NCBI RefSeq assembly: GCF_009914755.1
Contig: NC_060947.1
From: the human T2T-CHM13v2.0 reference genome, Homo sapiens
DNA length: 64,000 nucleotides
Strand: one strand, 5' to 3'
Position numbers and translations under genes: made by a program. Positions 31,969-46,168 of this stretch are shown here, piece after piece. The first letter of the stretch is position 1; the number at the start of each line of letters is the position of its first letter. The notes under the pieces were generated by a model. The model was not told the origin of the DNA. It did not search any database and worked only from the letters and a program-made list of their open reading frames with translations.

Positions 31969-32384
31969 CTGAAACAGACAAATGCAACAACGTTTAAAAT
32001 GAATTACAGCACAATTCCAACTACCTTGTCTTTGCTTCTATTGATTAGTCTATCAAAATGAAGCGACTTGACCGAGGGCCCAGTGGTACCTCAAATACCA
32101 ACAGTTTTCTATCTGAGCACAGAGCTGATTGACTGAAACACTCACCCCCTCAGTAGATAAATCTCTGTAGAAAATAAACGATTATATTATCCCTCATAAA
32201 TTTTTTAAGAGAAAAATGTGAGATGGTAAAGCAACACTCCAAATAAAGTTAGTGTCTGAAAACCTATCTCTCTATCAGAAATAGAACAATGTGAACAAAT
32301 TCATCAGCCTCTTGGGTATCATAGCATGCCATAGCATACCGTAGCTTGCTGCTGAGAAATTGCATTATCATCTTAAGAGGTAAC

Positions 32385-32625
32385 TGACATTGAGAGTATT
32401 GACTCTCAATATACACAGTGCCAGGCACTGTGCTAACCTTTTCACATTTATTATCTTAGTTTATCTTCATATTATAATAATTATATCAGGTAGATCCAAT
32501 TATCTTCATTTTATATGGAAGGAAACTGAGACAAAGGGGTTAAATACCAGCTCCCAGGACACAAATCTAGCAAGCAACAAAGGTGTGGTTCAAATTTGGG
32601 TAGTTTCATTCTGGAGTCCTCATTT
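32385..32625 (-). mobile_element. MIR in intron 46
   Basis: gtgccaggcactgtgctaa...cattttatatggaaggaaactgagacaaaggggttaaat. Confidence 0.75.
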
Positions 32626-32739
32626 TTTACTTCATATCCCTAAATTTCTCGAACTCATTCACCACCACATAGTGTATGCCCTTTCCCAAGACCTCCAAAA
32701 TCACCATGGTGTTAACACTTCATTTTTGTCAACTAAAGT

Positions 32740-32942
32740 TACTGTGTCTGCTACAGTACCCATTAGCCATACAACGCTATTAACATTCAAGTTAATCAAA
32801 ATTCACTAAAATAAAATCTCAAGTTCCTCAGTCACACGACCAACTCTCCAGGTATTCAAAAGGCACAAATAGCTAGTCGTTACAAAAATGGATGATGCAG
32901 AATATTTTCATCATCACGGGAGTTCTATTTGAAAGCACTGAT
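32740..32942. mobile_element. MER3-like hAT element
   Basis: aagttcctcagtcacac...ttcatcatcacgggagttctatttgaaagcactg. Confidence 0.6.
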
Positions 32943-34030
32943 CTAGATTCTTTCAGGAGAAAATAGACTCATGCATATTAATTAATAAGAAAATGCCACT
33001 AAATATGTTTCGAATGAATTATCAATTATATTACTATATATGACACTCAATACATTTGGGAAAGATAAATTTCCAAGAAAAGACTGAGTTCATTGTTCTA
33101 GGGTATAACCATCTTCAAATGATTCCCACTCTTTTCTATTTTTGAATCCCAAATACCTAGTAAAACATCGGATGTATAGTCAGTGCTCCATATTTGTTTA
33201 TTGAATTACGCCATATTTTATTTTTATACTTTATTTCTTGTTCAGGTGTAAACCTCTTGTTTCACAGAAATAAACGTTTGACATTGGACTCTAATTTACA
33301 TGTGTAAAGCACCTGAATCATTGATAAAGGACCAATTTCATTTCCCTTTGATTATGTGACCGTGTAAAATGAGGATAATAGCAACCATTGTCAAAATCTG
33401 ATATGAAGATTAAATAAAATAGTGGCTGTAAATGTATCTAATACTTGGCACATAACAGGGAATGATTAAATATTAATTTCTCTTCCCCTTTCACCTTCTG
33501 CTTGACAACTAAAATGAAATAGATCCAAAAGAGCTGCTTTCCTAAAACTAAAACCATGAAAGTTAATCCAATTGCACAATCAGAGCATGTCAGTCAGCCA
33601 AGGGAAGTAATCAGTAATAAGCAGACATCACAGTAGGACGGTATGAAAAGCCACTGGAATAAGCTGGATGTCTATTCAACCAAATGGAATGTGAACCAAC
33701 ACCACGTCCCACACCCCCAGACAAATCAGCTAAAACAAAACATTGCTTCGGGGGAATATAATGCCTTTAAGTAGAGGCTGAAGTGGTGAGACTGATCTGG
33801 CAATCCAGATCTTCCCTAAGAAAATGGATTCTTCTTTTTAAAGACTCTTCTCAAATCTCCAGGTAGGTAACCAGGACAGATTAAAAAAGTGATTCCCATT
33901 TAGATTTAGATTTTATGATTCCACAATCTGGTCTTCAGTTTTTAAAATTATATGAAGTTGTGAAGTTCTCAAGTAAAATCTAAAATTAATTTCAAATCAA
34001 AGATAAAAACTGTGAATTATATACATTTAG

Positions 34031-34121
34031 ACATATTGAATCTATACATCTATATGTGTAGATGTATAGATGCAATATGTGTGTGTGTATATATAAATAC
34101 ACACACACACATATATACATA
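34031..34121. repeat. Overlapping inverted repeats in TA/CA-rich tract
   Basis: acatattgaatctatacatcta / tagatgtatagatgcaatatgt, then (GT)n...(AC)n. Confidence 0.85.
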
Positions 34122-34302
34122 TGTTCTTATGTGCACTGGTTCAGAACTGCAGGGTTAAGAAGAAATAAAGTTGTGAGAAAAACACTTTAGCAAGGAACTA
34201 TGAATAACCTAATGGGCAGAAAACCAATGATTGAATTAAAAAATAGATTCATATACTTCTTTATGCAAGCAGGCCCTGGGGGATTTGAGAAAATAAAATT
34301 AC

Positions 34303-34450
34303 CTTGACTTGCTCAAGCTTTTCTTTTAGTTGCTGCTCTTTTCCAGGTTCAAGTGGGATACTAGCAATGTTATCTGCTTCCTCCAACCATAAAACAAATT
34401 CATTTAAATCTCTTTGAAATTCTGACAAGATATTCTTTTGTTCTTCTAGC
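34303..34450 (-). CDS. DMD: Dystrophin exon 46 (148 nt, phase 2/0)
   Basis: Minus strand ttcttctttctccag|GCTAGAAGAACAAAAG...GAGCAAGTCAAG|gtaatt; translates (R)LEEQKNILSEFQRDLNEFVLWLEEADNIASIPLEPGKEQQLKEKLEQVK and joins exon 47 in frame. Confidence 0.98.
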
Positions 34451-34686
34451 CTGGAGAAAGAAGAATAAAATTGTTATTTTTTTTTCCAACATAGTTCTCA
34501 AACTATTTGTTAATGCAAACTGGGACACAAACATGGCAATTTAAAAATAAGCAATTTAAAAGATGTTAACCATACATAATTTAAGAAAATTCATTCACTT
34601 TGAACAAAGTAATTTCAATATTTCAAGAATCTCTAAATGATAAGAGATTAAAATCGAACAAGAAAAATTCTGATTCAAAAATTCCT

Positions 34687-35032
<346 letters not shown>

Positions 35033-35065
35033 AAAATTCTAACAACATTATGTCATTATATCTGA

Positions 35066-35301
35066 GCAAGGTTTCTCAACTTTAGCATTACTAACATTTA
35101 GGTTTGGAAAATTCTTTGCTGTGAGCAGCTATCCTCTGCATTGTAGGGTATTTAGCAGTATCCCTGGCCTGTTGAACACACTGGATACCAGTAGTAACAC
35201 CTCGCCCCTGAGCTGTGACAACCAAATATGTTTCAAGGCACTGCCAAATATGCTGGGGGGTTGGGGGTGGGGACAAAATTGTCCCTGGTTGAGAACCAAC
35301 T
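35066..35301. mobile_element. MER20 hAT-Charlie
   Basis: ggtttctcaac...tgtgacaaccaaatatgtttc...cctggttgagaacca. Confidence 0.85.
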
Positions 35302-35779
35302 AAAGTAAGTATATAACCTAAAGTTACAAGTTTTAAAATGTTTAATTAAAGTATACTTATGGAAAATGAGAGGACAAAAATATAAACAAGGTTTTTGTTT
35401 TGTTTAAGTAGCAGCCATTTTATCTGCTTCTTATTCTGTGGGTCAAGGATTTGGATAGGGCTCAGTTGAGCAGTTCTGCTCTATGTGGCTTCAGCTTGGT
35501 TTAAAATAAAACACTAAATTATTACATGCTAAACTGTTTTCCGAATTATGACTCACAGCCTTATTTGAGGAAAGAGAAAAACTGATTTAAAATACTTAAC
35601 ATATGTTGTACTCGTGGAAGTTTTAATTATGAAAATGCATATAACTCTATGCTAATTAGCCATAAATTTATTCTTACATATTCGATTGTAAGACAGCTGA
35701 ACAAAATTGTTTGTGCTTAAAATAATTGAAAATTTTTTTGTTTTGTTGTCTTTTGGGAACTATGTGTAGCTTCCATGGA

Positions 35780-36170
35780 AGCTTTTAACTGAAGTGTAAT
35801 ATACGTACAGGACACTGCACAATTTAACTGTATAGCCCAATAGTGTTTTAAAAATTGAACACACTGTACAACCAGAGAAGGAAATAGAATATTATCAGAA
35901 TCTCAGAAATCTCCTCTTATCCCTTTGCAGTCACTGCCTCCAAGTATAACCAGTACCCTGTCAACTTTGATTATTTTGCCGGTACTGAATATTATGAAAA
36001 TGGAATTGTATGGCTTTATACTCCTTTGTGTCTCGCCTTTTTCATTCAAAATTATGTTTACGATAATCCATGTTGCATATAATTTTAGTCTGTTCATTAA
36101 CCTGGCTGTATAGCATTTAATTGTGTAAATATAGTACTTTAGATGGACATTTGTGATAATTCAGTTTTTT
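35780..36170 (-). mobile_element. Old L1M 3' fragment
   Basis: Antisense L1 text (aatggaattgtatgg...atccatgttgcat...gatggacatt). Confidence 0.55.
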
Positions 36171-36689
36171 GAATGATTAGCTATTTTTTTTTTTTTGCTT
36201 CAAATTAACAAATGTGTATTGGGAGCTTACTACCTTCTAAGAGCTCAATTGGGCATTAGGATTAAAGATATATACGTTATATACCTTGTCTTGAGGATTT
36301 CATAGTCAATGAGAAGAAACAAGCATGTAAGCCAAGGATTATGATTAAGTATTATAGGAGGAGAAGTTATTTCTGGGGCAGTGCTTGGGAGACATCCCAG
36401 AGAAGATAATGATCTGAGTCTTGAAGCATGAAGATAGATCAGCATGTTGCAGGAATAAGACACAGCCTGTTCAAAGACAGGGCCTTGAGAGAACTACAGT
36501 TGCGATCATTCTGTAAATCAGAATCTGGTTATTGGACTTATGCTTGCATATATTCATTCAGTTTTCCTATATGATAAGAGCCTGTTCAAAGTCTGTTCTG
36601 GGACACGTAAAGTTACATTCTCCCCTCTGTCTATTCTCTTTTAAATTCATTTATACATTTATTCGCTTATTTTTACAAATGTTTATGAT

Positions 36690-36788
36690 TTATTGTTTTT
36701 AATTTTTGTAGGGACATAGTAAGTGTATGTACTTGTAGGGTACGTGAGATATTTTGATACACGCATGCAATGAGAAATAAGCACATCC
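36690..36788 (-). mobile_element. L1MA 3' terminal fragment
   Basis: tttttgtagggacatagtaagtgtat...gagatattttgatacacgcatgcaatg. Confidence 0.65.
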
Positions 36789-39700
36789 ACTGTTCATTCC
36801 TGGGACACTGGGAGCAGGGTCTGTTTTTAACCTATCCCGAATATAACATCTGATCTAGAAGTACTTCTGCCTTATCTGACTGGGAAGATGAATGCTATTT
36901 ACTTCAGCTGAGAGTATATTTTGTTGTCTCATATATTTTGGGGAAACTACTAGTTTAATAAATCAAGAGATCTGGAGCTCGGGGAGAGAGGAAAGCTGGA
37001 AATAAGGACTTTAGTCATTAGCAATCAGTTGGCAGAGAAAACACGGTAAACTAACTTTTGAACTAATAATTAACATTTCATGTTTGCTATTTTCTGAGTC
37101 CATTCTTTCTTCGTTTTATGAATTTTAATCATTGACAATTCTCTCTTATTTAAATTGAAAAATAGGAAAAGTCAATTTCAAAGCCTTTTGTTGATTTCTT
37201 ATGTATGGTTAACCTTACGGTTCCTCCTCTTCTTCTACTCTATGTGCTTGGCCATGGAAAGCCAAAGGAATGCCTACGGTGCTCTTCTGGCCTCTCCAAA
37301 AGCTACACAGACCTGGGAAGGAGGTCTGCAGATTCCAAACATTCATTGAAGTGAGAGGATGCTTTTTCCTTCTTGGAGTCTACATACTTACTCTCAGTGA
37401 TTCTCTCGAAGTCTCTACTTCTGACTCAGAGAGATGAAAGAGAAGGAACTGTCCCTTACCACAAACTGCACTCCCCACAAAGCTTACTACCCCTTCCTAC
37501 CTGAGTCTTTTTAATCTTGCCTGGGACACGGAGTACAGAGGAGATTGGAAATTGCTTGGAATAGAGATAATAATCCCTGTTGCTTTAGAGTAAACCCTAT
37601 GGGGAAGTGGCTGGTCTCGATTGCTGGCAGTTTGTTTTAGAATGTGGAACAGCACCATTTCCCCTCAGATTCTGACCTTAGAATCAATTGTGGAAGAAGA
37701 AAACGTCTAGTATAGTACAGGCATCCTTTATTTGTTTAAATGTTCCAAGCAGATTTAATTCCTTGGGTCTAGATTTTGAGGGTCTATCTCATCTTTTTCT
37801 CTCTCTCTGTTTCTACTCTGCAAATCATTGCCTCCATTACTATTTGACTCCAGATGATTTTGCACAGTGTTCTGAATACTTTTAGTTAAGTAAAATCTTG
37901 CTAAAATCTGATTACATTTGAAAAACCTAGACACATTGGCAAGGCTTTTAAACATTTTCAACTTTCATCTAGAAGCAGACACGTTTAAGGAAAAGAAAAC
38001 CCCAAACCCCCCCAAACAAACAAAAATTTAAGGAGCAGGAAAAAGTAATGTCAAACCAAAAAAATAATAATAACCCTCAAGTTTAGAAAATTCTAAATCA
38101 AACACTCCCCTCTTTTCAAATATGTCTCAAATTATTTACTTGCATATTTTTTTCTATCAAGAATATCCAGTACAGAGGAGAGATGTTGTGCTTATTCATC
38201 ATAGTTGAGATTTATATGTATTACTGGGTTCAAACTCTATATTGTATGCTTATTTTCTTCATTTATTATTCTACTATGTGTCTCTGTAGGTCATTAATTA
38301 CGCTTTAAAAACTTGATTTTTTAAGATCCTAGTAATAAGATATATAGGGGTACCGTATATTTCACCATTATTGTGTTATTAGGAATTTTGTTTGCTTTCA
38401 TTTTTTATTATAATGAATAACCCTACAATAAACACATTTATTTATACATTTTGAATCATGTATCTGCTGGAATGAGAATGAAAAGTTAACAATGGGAATC
38501 CTAAGGATTTAGATACACATTGTTGAATTTCTGTCAAGGTTGGTACTCAGAACACTCGTAAACTCCCACCAACAGTTACAAAATACTTGTCTCACTACAC
38601 TTTTGCCACTATTGAGCATTATAATTGATATACCAATAAAACAAATAAAAAGCTTGCCATAGATATTTTAAGTATTCTACTAATAGGAAAGTTGAAAATG
38701 TTGTATGTGTGTACATGTTTGTCATTTATTTAGTTTCCACTGTCAATTATCGGCAATGTCTGTTGCCCATTTTTCCTGTGTTTTCCTATTTTTAAGAGCT
38801 CTTTTCACATTATCTGAAACATAGATTAATTGAGACTACGTTTCCAGCTTCCTTTTTGCCTTTTAGTAGTTTTTTCTAAATAAAATTTAACAGTTTATTT
38901 CTTTGATATTATGTTCATTGATAGTATCCTTAAAATTGTGGCCATTTTACCATTGTTCAGATATTCTCATTTATTCTTGATCCTTTACTCTTTCATTTGT
39001 TAAAAAAGAACAACCAAATATTTAATCCATCTTAAATTTATATAGTGTTGTTTCTAACCTTGAAGAGTTTTTCAGAAACTGATATTTTTTCCCCCAGCAC
39101 CATCTCTTCTGAATTGATTTATGGTGCTTTCTTCATGATATTTTAAGTTTCTGCTTGTTGATCTACTGTAGATTTTTGTGACAGTAATGCACCATGTCAA
39201 TTATTGCAGCTTTAAAATATGTTTAATTTCTGGTAGGTTAACCCGCTCTCCCACTTTAGTTATTCTAACTTATGTAATGTATCATTCAGTCAAATTATAA
39301 AACAATTCTCGCTGAAAATTTTTAAATGGGATTGCATTATATCAATAAGTTAATTTGTGAAGAATTACTGCCTTTCCAATATAATTCTGCTAAACTTTCT
39401 GTATTTACAGTGTTCTTGGACACAGAGTATCTGGGACTCAATGGGACACTATAAATAATTAAGTACATTTTATAATTAACCTTCAGCATCAATTTGAAAG
39501 ACAGCATCTTGCATATGATTTTATGGATATTAACCATATACTAATTTAGAAAACTCTTAAGAACTCTCAGAATAAATCATCACTTAAACAGTAAAAGCTT
39601 TGGCTAAGCTTTTTGCTGTCTTTCTTTTTACACGATATTTGTGGAAAACTTTTTTTCCAGTGATTTAATTTTTTAAAAAAACAGCATCTTTTAAATATGA

Positions 39701-41147
39701 AAACATTTGGTAGTCATTTCTTATCTAGATTTTTTTTATACTTTGAAATATAAAAAAGATGGTGACAAAATCCCGTTGGGACCTTGTTATAATCTGCTTT
39801 TCCAAGCGCATGTGTTTTCTGAAATTTCAAAAGCCTCGATTTGAAGTTTTAAAAGCTGCAATTTGAATTTATGTATTCAGATGATTGCAGAAAAGCAAAG
39901 AAACACAGTTAGCATTTCCAGGCTTGTCTCTTGACAGAACAGTTTAAACGTGCTTCATATTGGCATTCATCACATGAAGTGTTATTTCTTTGTTTACCTA
40001 CTTGCTTAATGCTTATGGGAGGATTTATTCAGACAAGTGGTAGTAATAATAATGAGTGAGATATTTAACATTACCCATCTGCAAATAAGTGCTAAATATT
40101 TTACTTTTAGAAGCATTTCAATACATTTAGACATTTAGCTTTTTTTAGAAAGAATGGCTTCTGTTTGAAATATTGGCTCTGTTACCATTTACATTACAAA
40201 TGTTCCCAATGAAATTAAAGGAAGCACGTATTACGATGGTGAGAGATTTGCATAATCAGAAAGGAAGCGCTACTCATGTGTTGCTAAATTCAATGAATTT
40301 AACATTAACTCTTAATGAACATTTTCTGTCGGGCTACTCTTACGCTAAGAGGAATAGACTGCCAAATCACATGGCATGATTTTGGTGAGGGGATCTAACA
40401 AGTGTTTCAGGTAAAGTGCTAGATAGTTTCACAGTGGAATCTTTTAATATTCCATACATCCTTTGGATTGCCTTTTATATGCTTTCAATGAAGAAACTGA
40501 AGTTCTAGAGATTGATACATCACATACCCAAAGGTGACTATCCCATTTTCCAAATGAGAAGTCCCTCTCTCCAAGTTTTTTGATCACCTTTAACATAGAA
40601 ACTTTAGAAAATGGAGATACAATGATCACCTGTTTACATATAATGTTTAATTCATTAATTTGATTGTGTGTACTACTTTAAAATTATATAGTACAAAATA
40701 TTATGTCATTAGATCACACTTCTTCATTCATATTTCATGCAACAATTTTGTTCAAATTCTTCACAGGCACCTTCAACATTGAAATTTGCATCCTCATGGA
40801 TGCACTTGTTGTTGCCTAACTCAGTTTTCCAGAGGGCATCATCTTTACTTACATCCATGTGGCCTGAGGTATAGTACTGCTGAATCTAGAGGTAATGTTT
40901 CACTAGGAATTTTACTGCAAGCCACAAGCACACATTTACATAACAGAATACAGTTTTATGTTATGTAAAGACAGCTTTATCTTTTTTCTGTGCCATATGT
41001 CCATGAGCTACACCATGTAACCACTTAATGAGTTACTTTTAACAGTATTCTTTCCATAGCTTGTTTACAATGGCATCCAACTCTTGCAATTGTGATGTCA
41101 TACAACCAAAGTCAATCCCTAAACTGTGTTAAATTTATTTTCTCCCA

Positions 41148-41173
41148 GTGTGTGTGTGTCTGTGTGTGTGTGT
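41148..41173. repeat. Interrupted (TG)n
   Basis: Directly visible. Confidence 0.85.
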
Positions 41174-41724
41174 TTTTGCCCTCCTCTATCAGGTTTACTT
41201 CTACAAGCCTCCAAAATAAGCATAAATTGAGAATAAGTCAAGGCAATACATCTTTCCCGGACAGTACTTTGTTGTTTTGATTGAAGTAAAATAAATGACC
41301 ATCTTGTAATTTGAGAAACTTCAGAAGGATTCAAGTATAAGTTGACCCTTCCCGAGGGAAAACCAAAACAAAACATTGATTTCTACACACACCTAGTAAC
41401 CTCCTCAGGCCATACCCTCCGTAGGTCATTATCAGAATCAGAACCCAAGCATCAACTTTATTTTTAAGCCAACATGTCTACCATACCTGGTTGGTGCTTG
41501 AGTTGTACAAGTAGACATTTGTTCATTTTCCCTAAAGTTTGTGTCTTGTCGGAATGAAGTGCTCCTGAGGGGGATAATATATCAAGATTTCTCAGTCATT
41601 TATGCCTCACTATTAAGGAAATGATTAGCAACTTTTGAGTAGATGTGGAAAACGATGAGGGAAAAACCTGAAGGTTAGCAATGCGAATATCTGTATGGAA
41701 AGTAAGTCCAAATCTAAATGCTGC

Positions 41725-41835
41725 CAGTTATCAGCTGAGTACGTGAACACGGGCGAGTTCCTTAATCTCTTTAGCCCTCAGTTTCCTCGTCTTAAAATTA
41801 GAACAATAAACATTTTAGAGTGTTGTGAGGATTAA
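41725..41835 (+). mobile_element. MIR
   Basis: gggcgagttccttaatctctttagccctcagtttcctcgtc...gttgtgaggattaaa. Confidence 0.75.
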
Positions 41836-42204
41836 AGTTTTTTTTGCAGAAACCCAAGATTTAGCCTAGTGCTTCACTAACAGCACTCAAAAAAAATGGT
41901 AGAGAACATAAAAGGAGGTACAAAAAAGGGAAAATATGGATACAGAGCTTTCTGTTTTAATCCTAGAATTGTGTCTAAGCCCACGTGCTTACATAGATAA
42001 AAGTATTTATAAAACATTATGAGTACACAGGAGGAGTACTCAAAATTGAACTTTTGATGAGCCACCTGACAACTTTATTTCTCCCTACTGACAAACTACC
42101 TTGACAAATTTTGCTGGGGAAAAAACAATAGAGAATTAATGTCAATCTATGAGTAAATGTGCCACCAGATGAGACTACTTCTAGGTGAAGCATATATGTA
42201 ATCA

Positions 42205-43120
42205 CAATGCAACAGCCATTTATTGAGGGTCTACTAGTGTCCATTGATATGGCCGTGAATATCGGCAGCAATCCCTGCCTCATGGACCTTACATCCGATT
42301 GGGAGGAAGGGGAGGCAGACAGTAAACAAGATAAAGAAATAAAATCTATAGATTGTGATACAGTAAGTGTTACAGAGGAAAAAAATGAAGCATGGAAAAG
42401 GGATGGAAATATTGAGGGGAAGATGGGGAGCAGTTGTGATTTTATAAAGGGTGATCATAGAAGGTTCCATGGAGAAGGAGACATTTGAGCAAAGTCCTCG
42501 TGGTAGGGACTGGCTAGCTGCTCATTAGACAAGTCTACTCATTTCTCTTAATTGTGCAGCTAGCTGTCATTTCCCAGTCTCCCTTGCCATTAGTTTGGCT
42601 ACATGACTGAGTTCGAGCCAATGGAGTGTGAGCAAAAGTGATGCTCATGAATATGAAGCCTGGCTCATAACCCCACCTCCAATAACCACCACCACATATG
42701 TAATATTCCTTGTTCTTTTTCATTCTTATGTACAAGAGCACAGTGATTTTGAAATCCGTATGTTAAAGACATCAGAGCCACAAAAGCGAAGTGCCCTGGG
42801 CCCCCCTGATCCACCATTTGGAGGAAATCTACTTGTTGACCAGAAAATTTTTGTAAAGTTTGCATGAACGGAAAGTTTCTATTATGTTAAGCCACTGAGG
42901 TGTGGGCTTTTTTTTTTTTTTATAGCAGCTTTAATAAAGATAGGTAATATAGAAATAAAGAAGCGAGGGAGGAGGCCATGCAAATATTGCGGGAAAGAAC
43001 GCCCTAAGCAGAGAAAACAAGTACAAAGGCCTTGAGGCAGGAGTGTAGTAAGAACGTCCTAAAAACAGCGAAGAAGTGAACAAGAAGTTCAGAAATGGAG
43101 TGAGGAAAGGAGATTACTAG
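42205..43120 (-). mobile_element. L2 fragment with nested MLT1J-like LTR (~42510-42930, plus)
   Basis: catttattgagggtctacta...gacatttgagcaaag; LTR catttcccagtctcccttgc...gttaagccactgag. Confidence 0.6.
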
Positions 43121-43499
43121 ATGTGGCCCAAAAGCCTTCTATTCAGAGATTCTATCTGGAATCTGAAGGCTTTTATAATCCCTATCCCACATCGAATTCA
43201 GTTTCTGGGTAAAAATAAATTATAGAGCAATATGTTTGGGAAATCTCAGACTGAACTGTGTTCTCCAATGCTACTTTAATAGATCCAATCAACTAACTGA
43301 GCCCTAGGACTTCCCCCCAGATTTTTGTGTGTGCTGTCTACACAGTTGCTGAAACAGGCTTCGGGAAAATCTGAGGATGCTTTGGATCTTCATCTGTCAG
43401 AGGCAGAGTTACATCACCTATCAGTAAAGCCTGTCACAAAGCCATTACCATCCGATAGAAAATGCAATTAAGAGGGTATGACTTCAAACCGTTTTTTCT

Positions 43500-45050
43500 G
43501 ATTTGAATCCCAGTTCAGTTTTTCCCTTCGCAGACATTCAAACACCATCATCTTCCTGCCTAAACGTGCTCCTCTGTCAAGTTCAATGGATGACTCCACC
43601 AGCTCCCGGTTTTTTAAGCTGAAAGTGTAGAAGTCATCCTTGATTCTTCTCTCTCCCTCACTCCCAGAGCGTATCAATAAGCATGTCCTCATAAGTCCAC
43701 TTGAGAAATCTCTCTTGAATCTGCCCACTTCTCTCCATCCTCCTGTCGCTGTCTCCTTCGCTCCTTCTCATTCTGATTTCAACTTTTATTTTTGATCCAG
43801 GTAGTATACGTACAGGTTTGTTACCTGAGTATGTTGTGTGATGCCAAGGTTTAGGGTAAAAATGATCCCACCACACACAGGTAGTGAGCATAGTACCCGA
43901 TAGGTAGTTTTTCAACCCTTGCCCCTCTCCTTCCTCCCCCTTCTAGTAGTCCCCAATGTCTATTGTTTTCACCTTTATAATGAGTACCCAATGTTTAGCT
44001 TCTAACTATCTTCGGTTTTCTGTTCCTGCATTAATTCACTTAGGATAATGACCTCCAGCTGCATCCATGTTCCTACAAAAGGCGTGACTGTATGCTTTTT
44101 ATGACTGTGTAGTATTCCATGGTGCATGTATACCACGTTTATTTCATTCAATCCACCACTGGTGGGCACCTAGGTTGATTCCATGTCTTTGTTACTGTAT
44201 AGTGCTGCGACGAACATGTGAGTACATGTGTCTCTTTGGTAGAAAGATTCGTGTTCTTTTAAATATATACCAAGTAATGAGATTGCTGGGTTGAATGGCA
44301 GCTCTCTTTTAAGTTCTTTGAGAAATTTTCAAACTGCTCTCCACAGTGCCTAAACTCATTTACATTCCCATAAACAGTGTATAAGCATTCCCTTTTCTCT
44401 GAAGCCTCACCATCATCTGTTGTTTTTTGACTTTTTAATAATAGCCATTCTGTTCTGATTTCTAACAGCCTCTCTGAGACTGCTTTCTAATTAGCTCGTG
44501 CCTCCTACCTTGTCTCCTTCTTATCCACTCTTTACACTTCAGAATAAGAGATCTTTCTAAAATATGTTGCTGATCATGTCCTCATATACTCAACAACATC
44601 CTAGTGCCAATGGGATAAAATATAACTTCTCTAACATGGTCAAAAAGCCCTTTGTGATCTGGTCTCTACTTCTATTTCTTCATCTTTCTTTGCACTGTAT
44701 AGTTCATGGAACAACTTACTCTTCCTTAAAATCCAGCACTATATCCATATCAGGATTCATCATACAATGTTCCCTCTGCCTGGGATGTCCTTCCATACAT
44801 CTTCATCTAGGTAGCTCCAGGTTGACCTTTCCAATCTCAGGTTAGACATCACTTCCTCTACAAAGCTTTCCTTGATTAATTAGACATCCCCAACCCAGGT
44901 ATAGGTCACAGGTCCTGTTATGTAGTCCCACAGCCCCTCATAATGTTTCCATCACAGGAAATACTGTAATTTCCCATGTTCATCAAACTATTGCAGATTT
45001 TCTATCTATTGTGATCGCACCCTATCCTCAGTACTTAGCATATAGTATTT
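43500..45050 (+). mobile_element. L2 fragment split by L1
   Basis: agtcatccttgattcttctctctccctcac...; gttccctctgcctggg; gacatcacttcctct. Confidence 0.65.
43781..44452 (-). mobile_element. L1PA15/16-like 3' end
   Basis: Antisense 3'UTR (caggtttgttacctgag...); TSD ttctgattt at 43771 and 44453. Confidence 0.85.
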
Positions 45051-45221
45051 GCTTAGTTCCTATATTAATAATCTCCTAATGACATCATCTTAATTGTATA
45101 TCTCCAAGTAATAACATTATTTCATAGTAGTCTGGGGAGATTTTCCATGAAGAACAAAGTGTGTGTGTATGGGAGGCAGGTTCTGTATAAAATTAACGAA
45201 ATTCAACCAGGGAAAGCTATA

Positions 45222-45447
45222 CAGCAAGTGTTTGTAAACTATGGCTCATGAACCAAGTTGTGCTCACCACCTGTTTTTGTAAATAAAGTTTTACTGGAAC
45301 AGAGCTACACTCATTCATTTACATATTGTCTATGGTTACTTTCATGCTACAATAGCAGAGTTGAGTAGTTGCAGCAAAGATTGAATGGCCCACAAAGCCA
45401 AAGGCATTTAGTATCTGGCACTTTACTCAAGTTTACCACCATCTGCT
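45222..45447. mobile_element. MER58A-like hAT-Charlie
   Basis: aaactatggc...cctgtttttgtaaataaagttttactggaac...gcagagttgagtagttgc. Confidence 0.8.
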
Positions 45448-46098
45448 ATGTGATAAATCTCCTTCTTAGACATCTACTAGGGAATTAAAGATACGAGAGT
45501 TCTGATATAAGAAAATCTGTATAATCTCTATAAACCAGTGGTATGCGAAGTCATGAAAATATCTATGATAATTAGAACTACTCCTCACCCCTTGAAACAA
45601 TCATGAGCACTTTACACAATTATTATTTCACAGGACAAATAGAAAAACTAGACATTGCATCTGATTATAAACATTAATTCTGTTTAAATTCACGAACATT
45701 TCCAACTATGAGAAACTATATCTACTTACCTTAGAATCAAACATGGAAAATAGTCAAAAGACCTATGCCTCTGCCTCACTTTTCTTGTCTTGGCTTTTAC
45801 ATTATGCCAGTTTCTTTATATTTCTCTTTCTTCCTAACCCACAACCAACTTTATCATTTATTTTATAATTTCACCTCTTTTTTGTTACTCAGTTTTATAA
45901 TTTCACCTCCTATTTTGTTACTCAATTTTTTTCCCCTCTGGGCTTTATGGTGATTTTTATTACTGTGTCTGTATTTTGAATTCCTCGTGGTAGTAATTCT
46001 TTCCACCCCCAGAAAAAATGTCATCTGTTTTCTCAAACTATGTATGTTTCCAGTGGAATATGAATACATTATATAGAGACGGAAACCCGAAGTTCCCC

Positions 46099-46099
46099 A

Positions 46100-46163
<64 letters not shown>
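46099..46163. repeat. (GA)n microsatellite, about 32 units
   Basis: Directly visible, one GT interruption. Confidence 0.97.

Positions 46164-46168
<5 letters not shown>

Noticed and set aside
32390-32809. 139-aa plus-strand ORF in intron 46
   Set aside because: Non-ATG start; runs through MIR and MER3 remnants.
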